Origin: Minisyncoccota bacterium
GTDB lineage: Bacteria > Patescibacteriota > Minisyncoccia > Phycocordibacterales > UBA6065
Length of the DNA: 64,000 bases
NCBI GenBank assembly: GCA_035546035.1
Contig: DASZXC010000003.1
Coordinates: 64,479-128,478 of the forward strand
Reading direction: 5' to 3'
The notes under the pieces were generated by a model. It was not told the DNA's origin and searched no databases. It saw only the letters and a list, made by a program, of their open reading frames with translations. The translations under genes and the position numbers were made by a program. Position 1 is the first letter of the stretch. Each line of letters opens with the position of its first letter. Shown here piece after piece: positions 19,558 through 27,428 of the stretch.

Positions 19558-21858
19558 TTATAATTTTGCATTCTTAAGTCTTAGCGAGTTTGCCACGACC
19601 GTAACACTCTCAAACGCCATTATTGCTCCTGCGATCGCAGGACTCAGTGTCCATCCGTAAAACGGGAACAAGATACCTGCCGCGACCGGAATACCGACCG
19701 AATTGTAGCCGAACGACCAGATGAGATTCTGCCAGACTGTTCGGTTTGTTTTCTTTGCGAGGTTTACCGCCTCCGCGACCTTTCCGATATCCCCGTTGAG
19801 TAGCACAATGTCAGAGCTTTCAATTGCGATGTCCGATCCGTCGCTCATCGAAATTGCTACATCCGCCTGTGCGAGCGCAGGTGAATCGTTCACGCCATCG
19901 CCGATCATTGCCACCTTAAGGCCCTTGGCTTGCAGATCTTTAATAATCTTGAGCTTATCCTCGGGCTTTACCTCTGCGAACACTTCGTCGATACCAAGCT
20001 CTTTTGCAACCGATTCACCGGTCTTTTTATTGTCGCCGGTAGCCATAATGATTTTGAGACCAAGCGATTTTAACTTTGCAATCTCCTGTGCCGCCGTAGA
20101 CTTTATGGTGTCGTGAATTTTAATAAGCGAGAGTACGTTCTCTGAATCGGAAAGGTATAGCTCCCGTCCGTTCTTGAACCGATCCTCATGGAAGTCATCT
20201 CTGATTTTTTGCTCTGAACGTCCTATAATCTCCGAAATATATCCAATTGAACCCAAGTAATATGTATTGCCGTCAAATTCTGCGGTTACGCCTTTGCCAG
20301 GCACCTCTTGGATATTCTTCATTTCGACCTTTTTTGCCTTAGATTCTCCGAGCCACACCGCTACACTTTGTGATACCGGATGCCTCGATGATTTAGTCAT
20401 GGAGTACGCAATAGATTGTTTGAATCTCTTATCTTCTTCATCGCACACATGATTTTTATCCTGACAAAAAATCCCTTCGATCGACAGCTTGTTTTCCGTA
20501 AGTGTGCCAGTCTTGTCGAACACGATTGCTTGCACCTTTGCTAATTTTTCAAGACTCTCCGCATTCTTGATAAGAATACCTCGGCGAGCTCCTGTACCCA
20601 CACCAGTGATGATTGCTGTTGGCGTTGCAAGACCAAGTGAGCATGGACAAGCAATGACAAGGACCGCCATTGTCGAAGAGATCGCCAGTGCGAGCGCCTT
20701 GGCAAATCCGAACGTGCCAGGAGCGAATATGAGCCATGAGGCGAAGGTGATGACCGCGAGGACGATCACGACATACACGAATACACCCGAGATCTTATCC
20801 GCAATTCGCTCAATCGGAGCCTTGGAATTTTGTGCACCCTCAACAATCTGGATGATATGTGCGAGGGCGGTATCCTTGCTATCCTTCTCTACCTTAATTT
20901 TGATTATTCCTTGAAAGTTTTGCGTTCCAGCAAACACCATGTCGCCTGACATCTTATCGACAGGCACGGACTCTCCGGTCAGATTCGATTCATCAATACT
21001 AGTGTTTCCGCTTATAATCCGGCCGTCGATAGGCACTCGTTCATTGGGCTTGATAATAACGATATCGCCGATCTCGACTTTTTCAATCGGTACCTCAACT
21101 TCCTTGCCGTCACGTTCTACCAAAGCAGACTTGCTTGAAAGCTCCGCGAGTTTTTGGAGCGCCTCATTTGTCTTTCTTTTTGCCCGAGCTTCGAGGAACT
21201 GGCCGAGTGCGATAAGACCGATGACGATAATGACTACATCATAAAAGTTTGAACTTACATCTAAAAAAGCAGACAAAGGTTTTTCAAAAGCCGTGACAGC
21301 AAAGGAATATATAAAGGCAACAATGGTGGAAATCCCGACAAGAGTATCCATGCTTGCCACACCCGTCTTTAGGAAAATCCATGTGGCGCGGATATATCTA
21401 CGCCCGATGCCAAAGAGTACGAATGAGGCGAAGATCGGCATAAGGTGATGGAATCCTTCATAAATCGTTTCTGACATCTCCGGTACTACGCCATTCTTTG
21501 CAAGCACATCCCAAATCATCATTACGAACGAGAAGATGACCATTGGAATGATGAACTTCATTTCAAAAGCCATTTTCTTTTCATCACCGCCATGATTCAT
21601 GCGAGCATGATCCATAGGCGACATGTTCATTTCAGCTGCCGATTTTGTAGTATCTTCAAACGAATATCCAAATGGGGTAATTGCGGAGTTTAATTCATTA
21701 AGACCCACTTCTTTATCCTTAAAAACAACCTTGGCTTTCTCGCTAGAAAGTCCGACAGAGACTGATTCTACACCGGAAACTTTAGCCACTTTGCTTTGAA
21801 TGAGTGAGACACAGCTCGCGCAGTGCATTCCTTTTACTTTGTAAATATTTTCTGCCAT
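19558..21858 (-). CDS. copA: Copper-translocating P1B-type ATPase
   Basis: GMHCASC, TGES, CPC, DKTGT, GDGVND, YN..GIP. Confidence 0.92.
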   Translation of the reverse strand: MAENIYKVKGMHCASCVSLIQSKVAKVSGVESVSVGLSSEKAKVVFKDKEVGLNELNSAITPFGYSFEDTTKSAAEMNMSPMDHARMNHGGDEKKMAFEMKFIIPMVIFSFVMMIWDVLAKNGVVPEMSETIYEGFHHLMPIFASFVLFGIGRRYIRATWIFLKTGVASMDTLVGISTIVAFIYSFAVTAFEKPLSAFLDVSSNFYDVVIIVIGLIALGQFLEARAKRKTNEALQKLAELSSKSALVERDGKEVEVPIEKVEIGDIVIIKPNERVPIDGRIISGNTSIDESNLTGESVPVDKMSGDMVFAGTQNFQGIIKIKVEKDSKDTALAHIIQIVEGAQNSKAPIERIADKISGVFVYVVIVLAVITFASWLIFAPGTFGFAKALALAISSTMAVLVIACPCSLGLATPTAIITGVGTGARRGILIKNAESLEKLAKVQAIVFDKTGTLTENKLSIEGIFCQDKNHVCDEEDKRFKQSIAYSMTKSSRHPVSQSVAVWLGESKAKKVEMKNIQEVPGKGVTAEFDGNTYYLGSIGYISEIIGRSEQKIRDDFHEDRFKNGRELYLSDSENVLSLIKIHDTIKSTAAQEIAKLKSLGLKIIMATGDNKKTGESVAKELGIDEVFAEVKPEDKLKIIKDLQAKGLKVAMIGDGVNDSPALAQADVAISMSDGSDIAIESSDIVLLNGDIGKVAEAVNLAKKTNRTVWQNLIWSFGYNSVGIPVAAGILFPFYGWTLSPAIAGAIMAFESVTVVANSLRLKNAKL

Positions 21859-21862
21859 ATAT

Positions 21863-22138
21863 TTATTTTCGTTTGAGCTTATATACCCTGATAATTTCTT
21901 CCTTTGCTTTTTTAGTCTGACCAGAGTGCATCTGATGATGTACACAGTGATCCAGATGGTTTTCGAGGAGCATGTCTTCGACGTTGGACAGACCCTGCTT
22001 GACTGCCGATGTTTGGGTAATCACATCAATACAGTAGGTATCGTTTTCAACCATTTTCTGAAGTCCTCTAACCTGACCTTCTAAAAGTTTGAGACGGCGG
22101 ACTACTTTCGCCTTATTTTTGTCATCCATGTATTTCAT
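21863..22138 (-). CDS. csoR: CsoR/RcnR metal-sensing repressor
   Basis: RLKLLEGQVRGLQKM, YCIDV, HLDHC. Confidence 0.9.
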   Translation of the reverse strand: MKYMDDKNKAKVVRRLKLLEGQVRGLQKMVENDTYCIDVITQTSAVKQGLSNVEDMLLENHLDHCVHHQMHSGQTKKAKEEIIRVYKLKRK

Positions 22139-22144
22139 ACTGAA

Positions 22145-22173
22145 AGTATATACCCCCTAGGGGGTATTGTAAA
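22145..22173 (-). promoter_or_regulatory. csoR-copA promoter with CsoR operator palindrome
   Basis: TTTACA-N17-TATACT; the palindrome ATACCCCCTAGGGGGTAT (22150-22167) fills the spacer. Confidence 0.85.
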
Positions 22174-22227
22174 GCGAAGTTACCAACAGTCTGGACTCAT
22201 TTAAGGATCAGCGTCATCCATTAGTGT

Positions 22228-22563
22228 GTGAAAGATGACGATATCGAAGCAATCATAGATGCGGCAAAGCATTTCAAGTACCACGAGCCGAGTGGCACTA
22301 CGCCCTTTAACCGCATCTCAAAGCTCCCTGAATCAAAGCGTCATATGAAAATGGCGATCAAAGAAAGGATCAGGCTATTGGTCGCTTCGTACATCTCTCT
22401 AGCTTCTTTCATCGACGATGACCTCGTCGATTTTCTTGAATACGGAGACACCAAGAATCACAAGAGAAAAGTGATTCGAATATATAACAAAGTTTTTAGA
22501 GAGTTTGAAAAGTTGAGAAAAGAGATCAGTCAGTTTGATCCTTTTGAGGTTCCGAAGGAGTAG
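22228..22563 (+). CDS. Hypothetical protein
   Basis: 111-aa ORF; upstream motif shared with the recombinase gene. Confidence 0.6.
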   Translation: MKDDDIEAIIDAAKHFKYHEPSGTTPFNRISKLPESKRHMKMAIKERIRLLVASYISLASFIDDDLVDFLEYGDTKNHKRKVIRIYNKVFREFEKLRKEISQFDPFEVPKE

Positions 22564-23896
22564 ATCGCTTCTTTCTTTTCGGACGATTCGCTTTCATCTG
22601 CTCTCGGCGCAAGCGTCTAGCCTCGTCCTTCTTCTTTTGCTCTTCTTCGCGTGCCTTCATTTCTTCTGGAGGAACGATACGCAAATGATTCATGATCTTG
22701 TAGCCCTTGAGATGCTCGAATGGATCGATAAATTTATACCACTCCTCCATGTGATAGTAATCTTTGCCATCTTTGCCTCTCGTCTTCACTGACTGTGATT
22801 TCAGCATATCTTTCGGTGGCAAGAAGTCTTTGTTGTCCTCAATGAGGAACAGTTCGGTATGTACTCCTTTGCCGTATTGGCTCACTGTGCGAGATTTCAC
22901 GATTCCTTCCTTGACCCATTTGCGGAGCGCAGGAGAGGTGACGTTGAAATAATGATCAAAATCGTATCTGGTGTACCAACTATCCTTTTCTTTTGCCAGC
23001 GATGCAGGAATTTCTCCGTCATCAATAGCTTTCTGACAAACAAGGCACTTGATACCGTATTCGTCATACCAATTATCGCCCTCTTTGGTGTGGTCTCCAC
23101 AAATGAAGCAACCGTAACCAACACCTTCGAGATGGAATCCTTTCGGGTTTTCTTTGAGCTTCTCGTCCCTGCGTTTCTGTTCCTCCTCAAACTCCTTGCC
23201 TAGCCGTGCTAGTTGCTCCATTCTGTATTTTTCATCGCTATATTCGGCACCTTCTTCGGCGCTCATACAGAAGCGGTCTCGGTCTTTGGCGAAGTCAGGA
23301 TCAAAGTCGTCGTCTTTCTTTGAATGCCATTCGTATTCTTCTTTTTCGACATAACCACACTTCGGACACGTGAGAGTAGTGACCAATTTCTTTCCATCGT
23401 CATCCATCTTCTTATCGAGTTCGGTACTGCAATGGAGACAAAAAGTTGGCTTCACTCTCCATTCCTCGCCATCGGAGAAAAAGGCGCGGCGAGGGAGGCA
23501 TTTGTTCGGACAATCAAACATGAAAAAGACTCGATCGCCTTTCTTGTCGTCCGATTGAAGATCCTTGAAGGTTACCGTCAGCCGATTACGACATGTGAGG
23601 CAACGAATGTCTTCGGGAGGCTGGGCGTTTTCCAAAAGCTCGTCTCGTTTCTTGTCCCGATCCATCCATTCGCGGATCGTCTCGCTTTTCTTAAGGTACC
23701 TTTCGCCCATAGTGCCACGCAGGTATAACTTCTTTGCCCAAGCCTCGACTCTTTGAGCCTCTTCCTTGTCGAGCTTGCTGTCCTCGGGAAGTGGTGTTGG
23801 CTTATCGCAGATCTTCTCTATGCGACGGCAATCCTCTACGGTGCCTCGGTCATAGAGGTCGATATAGTATTGATGACTTTTGAGATGTTTCGTCAT
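22526..23896 (-). CDS. Multi-CxxC zinc-binding protein with HTH-like segment
   Basis: CLTC, CPNKC, CLHC, CPKC, CFIC, CLVC; FNVTSPALRKWVKEG HTH-like. Confidence 0.75.
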   Translation of the reverse strand: MTKHLKSHQYYIDLYDRGTVEDCRRIEKICDKPTPLPEDSKLDKEEAQRVEAWAKKLYLRGTMGERYLKKSETIREWMDRDKKRDELLENAQPPEDIRCLTCRNRLTVTFKDLQSDDKKGDRVFFMFDCPNKCLPRRAFFSDGEEWRVKPTFCLHCSTELDKKMDDDGKKLVTTLTCPKCGYVEKEEYEWHSKKDDDFDPDFAKDRDRFCMSAEEGAEYSDEKYRMEQLARLGKEFEEEQKRRDEKLKENPKGFHLEGVGYGCFICGDHTKEGDNWYDEYGIKCLVCQKAIDDGEIPASLAKEKDSWYTRYDFDHYFNVTSPALRKWVKEGIVKSRTVSQYGKGVHTELFLIEDNKDFLPPKDMLKSQSVKTRGKDGKDYYHMEEWYKFIDPFEHLKGYKIMNHLRIVPPEEMKAREEEQKKKDEARRLRREQMKANRPKRKKRSTPSEPQKDQTD

Positions 23897-24173
23897 TTAT
23901 CCACATTTTATCAATTCTAATAATAGATTTCACTTTGTTTCTCTTTCTTTTGTAGGTTAATTTCGTTAACCACTTTCGGTTAACCTAGTTCACCAGTTTT
24001 GGTTAACTTTCTTTACTAGGTGGATAAGTTTTCCACAGGTTGCCCTAATACTAGGTTTCTCTTTGTTTCCTTTATTTTGTGTGTCTACGTAGTAGACCGA
24101 TATCGGTCTACTTTCTAGACCACTTTTGGTCTACTAGCTAGACTAGTCTGAAATTTAGACTACTTTTTCCACA
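23897..24173. repeat. Iteron-like arrays with DnaA-box-like sites (origin-like)
   Basis: GGTTAA at 23955/23978/24001 and GTCTAC at 24083/24106/24129 (23-bp period); TTATCCACA 23897, TTTTCCACA 24029 and 24165. Confidence 0.65.
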
Positions 24174-24247
24174 GCCAGTTACCAACTTCGAGGGAGTATG
24201 GGACGCTCTGGACTCCTAGGGCGAGTTGCGTCATTCCTTGTGTTTGT

Positions 24248-25579
24248 ATGACAAAAATACAAACATTAGAGCCATTAGGGACTGCGGCCAAAGTAGCAAG
24301 CCCCATAAGGGTGAAATACTGCCTTTATGCAAGAAAGTCGTCAGAGTCAGAGGAAAGACAGGTTTTGAGCATCGACAGCCAGATCAAGGAAATGCTCCAA
24401 CTGGCTGAAAGAGAGGGGCTTGAGATCGTGAACATGAAGCGTGAATCGCACTCGGCTAAGGAGACTGGGCAACGACCAGTCTTCAACGAAATCGTGGATG
24501 AGATCAAGCAAGGCAAGTTCAATGGGATTTTGACGTGGGCACCTGACCGTATCTCAAGAAACGCAGGCGACCTCGGAAAGATCGTGGACTTGATGGATGC
24601 GGGAAAGCTCCATGAGATACGCACTTTCGGGCAGAGCTTCCGTAACAATCCGAACGAGAAGTTTCTCCTGATGATTCTCGGGTCACAAGCGAAGCTCGAA
24701 AACGATAATCGAGGCATCAATGTGAAGCGAGGGTTGCGAACGCGAGTGGAGATGGGATTGTGGCCAGGAATGGCACCGCTCGGATATTTGAATCAAAAGT
24801 TGATGGACAAGAAATGTCGGATAGTAATTGATCCCGAACGCGCACCGATCGTAAAGCAGATGTTCGAGAAAGTGGCATTTGATCTCTGGTCTGGTCGCAA
24901 GGTATACAACTGGCTCCGATTCGAGCTTAATTTCCACACCAGAGGAAATAGACCACTAACACTCTCTGGTGTGTACCGAATGCTTCAAATGCCGATTTAT
25001 TACGGACCCTTTGAGTATCCGAAGAATAGCGGCAACTGGTATCAAGGAACGCATGAGCCATTGATCACCGAAGAATTATTCAAGAAAGTGCAGGAACAAC
25101 TGAAGCGAGACAAAATCGTGCGCGAGAACAGAGAGTTTGCCTTCACCAAACTCTTCACTTGCGGCATGTGCGGATCGGGCATCACGGCGCAGGAAAAGTA
25201 CAAGGAACTCAAGGACGGCACGAATGCGAAATACGTCTACTACTCCTGCTCGAAAGCGAGAGACAGGAACTGCAAGAACAAATACATTCGTGAGGAAGAA
25301 TTGATTGAGGAATTGTTTAAGATCATCGACAAGCTGAACATGAATGAACTCGGAATGCGGATGAAGCTCGAAGAAGAAATAAAGCGATTCAATCGATTGC
25401 AGAGACTTGCAACTAAGGGCAAACCAAAGATGCAGATCGATGAGGACGATATTGCCACGCGCGAGTATGCGAAATACGTCCTGCGCGAGGGTACGCCGTT
25501 AGAGAAGCGAGGGCTGATGGGGCACCTGAGATCGAGGCTTGTGCTAAATGACAAGAAAATTAGCCTGATTGAAGAATAA
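24248..25579 (+). CDS. Large serine recombinase (resolvase + recombinase + Zn-ribbon)
   Basis: YARKSSE catalytic Ser, DRISRN, APLGY, GTHEPLIT, CGMCG. Confidence 0.93.
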   Translation: MTKIQTLEPLGTAAKVASPIRVKYCLYARKSSESEERQVLSIDSQIKEMLQLAEREGLEIVNMKRESHSAKETGQRPVFNEIVDEIKQGKFNGILTWAPDRISRNAGDLGKIVDLMDAGKLHEIRTFGQSFRNNPNEKFLLMILGSQAKLENDNRGINVKRGLRTRVEMGLWPGMAPLGYLNQKLMDKKCRIVIDPERAPIVKQMFEKVAFDLWSGRKVYNWLRFELNFHTRGNRPLTLSGVYRMLQMPIYYGPFEYPKNSGNWYQGTHEPLITEELFKKVQEQLKRDKIVRENREFAFTKLFTCGMCGSGITAQEKYKELKDGTNAKYVYYSCSKARDRNCKNKYIREEELIEELFKIIDKLNMNELGMRMKLEEEIKRFNRLQRLATKGKPKMQIDEDDIATREYAKYVLREGTPLEKRGLMGHLRSRLVLNDKKISLIEE

Positions 25580-25593
25580 AAATATAAAAAGAA

Positions 25594-25625
25594 TGAGCCT
25601 CCGCAAAAAATTTCGCGGAGGCTCA
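25594..25625. terminator. Hairpin between recombinase and DGR target (terminator and/or DGR target-recognition stem-loop)
   Basis: TGAGCCTCCGC-N10-GCGGAGGCTCA; a second short stem GAGGG-N5-CCCTC at 25635-25649. Confidence 0.7.
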
Positions 25626-25662
25626 AGTATTCAAGAGGGACAAGCCCTCAAGGGATCAAGAA

Positions 25663-26469
25663 TCACTTCCTGGCAGCCGACAACCCGAGGTTGTCGTGGC
25701 GGTGGTCATCCCAGTAGTAGTTGACGAAGAGCCCGCCGGAATCGAAGAGGCCGACGTAGACACGGCTACCGCCCGAGCCGAGACTGGAAGTCCGAACGTA
25801 AACGCCTTCGAAGAGTCGGACACCACGGACCTCGAAATAGGTCGTGATGAACCAACACATCTCGGCGGCGTTCGGCACCTTCTCGAGCGCGGAGAGAAGC
25901 TTGTTCTGCTCGTTCCACGTCTTGCTGGTCGAGCTCGAAACAGGCGTCTTCTTGATCAGGAGCCAGCCGAAGGACGTCTTGTCCTCGCGGGCGAACTTCT
26001 GGTCGGCATACCACCCACCCGTCTTCAAGTGGAAGTGGGCAGGCTGAATCTCCCGAACGTTGAGCGTGGACATCGCAGTGGGCGGCGCAGGCATGACGGC
26101 GTAGCCGTTTTCCTTGCACCACGTGAGCACGTCCTCCGACGGCAGACTTTCGGCCAGTGCCGTGATCTGCTCGGCGGTGTAAACGATTGCTCTGCGAGCT
26201 TTCATGACTTCTTCCGGCGTGATGAAATCCGCGCCGAGGATGGATTGCGCCAAACCGTAGTCGGGCGCTTTTGCCGAGAAGCGACGGATTCCTTCAGCGA
26301 GATACTCGGCGAAGCCGGGATGCTCGTTCAGGATCTGTGCGCTTTCGTCCTTGAGTCCCGCCTTGTTGTATTGGGCGCGGAACGTTTCGGTAGCTCTCTG
26401 TCCTTTCGGACTGTCTGCGGTTACCAGTGCAGACGTGTTCAATGATTTTTTCATCGACATCATCTCCAT
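25663..26469 (-). CDS. DGR target (variable) protein with C-terminal VR, probably CLec-like
   Basis: Last codons are the VR; C-terminus VRTSS...VYVGLF...GLFVNYYWDD...NLGLSAARK. Confidence 0.9.
   Translation of the reverse strand: MEMMSMKKSLNTSALVTADSPKGQRATETFRAQYNKAGLKDESAQILNEHPGFAEYLAEGIRRFSAKAPDYGLAQSILGADFITPEEVMKARRAIVYTAEQITALAESLPSEDVLTWCKENGYAVMPAPPTAMSTLNVREIQPAHFHLKTGGWYADQKFAREDKTSFGWLLIKKTPVSSSTSKTWNEQNKLLSALEKVPNAAEMCWFITTYFEVRGVRLFEGVYVRTSSLGSGGSRVYVGLFDSGGLFVNYYWDDHRHDNLGLSAARK
25669..25783 (-). repeat. DGR variable region (VR)
   Basis: 115-bp copy of TR with 13 substitutions, all at TR adenines. Confidence 0.97.
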
Positions 26470-26593
26470 TTTGCTGATTTACCGAGAACGCTCGGAACGA
26501 CTTGCCTCTGATTGAGACGAGTTTTCTAAGCCCTGAATTAAGGCTCAAAAAGCTCGTCTCAACAGTGATTCTCTATCAAAGAACTACCTAGCT

Positions 26594-26622
26594 AGTATAG
26601 CAAAGAAATGGCTATTTGTCAA
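26594..26622 (-). promoter_or_regulatory. Consensus sigma70 promoter of DGR target gene
   Basis: TTGACA-N17-TATACT on the minus strand. Confidence 0.75.
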
Positions 26623-26910
26623 TGGTTTTGGCGATCTGTCAATCTCTGCGCTATACTATCAGCATCTTGCTAATGTAGCTTGGATTACGGTTCAAGCTCG
26701 CGAGATATCTCACCTTGAGATATCGCCAGAGTACCAGTGGTTTACGGATCACGGTAGAGCGCGATTAAGGATAGAGAGAACTTCTTGTTCGCTTCTAGAG
26801 GAGATACTTTGAAAGAAGTTGCTCCCGAATAAAATTCAGAGATGGGAGGATATAGACCTGCAAAGGTAGTAAACCTCGATTCTCGGTGACACAGATGGGA
26901 GCGGGCAATA

Positions 26911-27025
26911 TCTCGACTCGGACGGTAACCGTGTCAACGTCGGCAACTTCGATTCCGACGGGCTCAACGTCAACAACTACTGGGATGACAACCGCAACGA
27001 CAACATCGGGTTGTCGGCTGCCAGG
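26911..27025 (+). repeat. DGR template repeat (TR)
   Basis: Nine AAC codons in VR frame, 28 adenines; ends GGGTTGTCGGCTGCCAGG as VR does. Confidence 0.97.
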
Positions 27026-27045
27026 CAGTCATAGCTCTATCCAAG

Positions 27046-27073
27046 GAAACTTCCGCCAAAAAGCGGAAGTTTC
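27046..27073. terminator. Hairpin between TR and avd 3' end
   Basis: GAAACTTCCGC-CAAAAA-GCGGAAGTTTC. Confidence 0.7.
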
Positions 27074-27075
27074 TG

Positions 27076-27426
27076 TTAACGATCCTTCGTTGACTTTATC
27101 CACCCTCCGAGCATTCTCCCTATTTCGTCGAGATTGGCTTCGATGATGATATATTTCTTAGCATCAATCGCTTTGACGTCTTTCATCAGGCGAATGCAGA
27201 CTCGCAGGAAATTAAGTTTAACGCTCGTCTTCTCCAAAGTCGGTAACTTCTCGGACTTGGACTGCTGACTTGCGAAAATAATACCTTCCAGTACATCAAT
27301 AAGAAGGCTTTCGCACTTTTGCCAGAGCGTATAGCGGTCTTGCTTGGGTACAGTAAGACGAAGATTATAGAAATCTTTGTAGAGGTCATAACTTTTCTTG
27401 AAAATCGGTATGTCTAAGTCATTCAT
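27076..27426 (-). CDS. avd: DGR accessory variability determinant (four-helix bundle)
   Basis: IPIFKKSYDLY, PKQDRYTL, EIGRMLGGWIKS; adjacent to TR and RT. Confidence 0.9.
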   Translation of the reverse strand: MNDLDIPIFKKSYDLYKDFYNLRLTVPKQDRYTLWQKCESLLIDVLEGIIFASQQSKSEKLPTLEKTSVKLNFLRVCIRLMKDVKAIDAKKYIIIEANLDEIGRMLGGWIKSTKDR

Positions 27427-27428
27427 AT

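Noticed and set aside
23950-24165. CRISPR array
   Set aside because: Repeats are 6-12 bp with a 23-bp period and no unique spacers; no cas genes in the window.
26886-27146. 86-aa ORF over the TR
   Set aside because: Thr/Ser-rich off-frame reading of the AAC-rich TR that overlaps avd; TR is normally non-coding.
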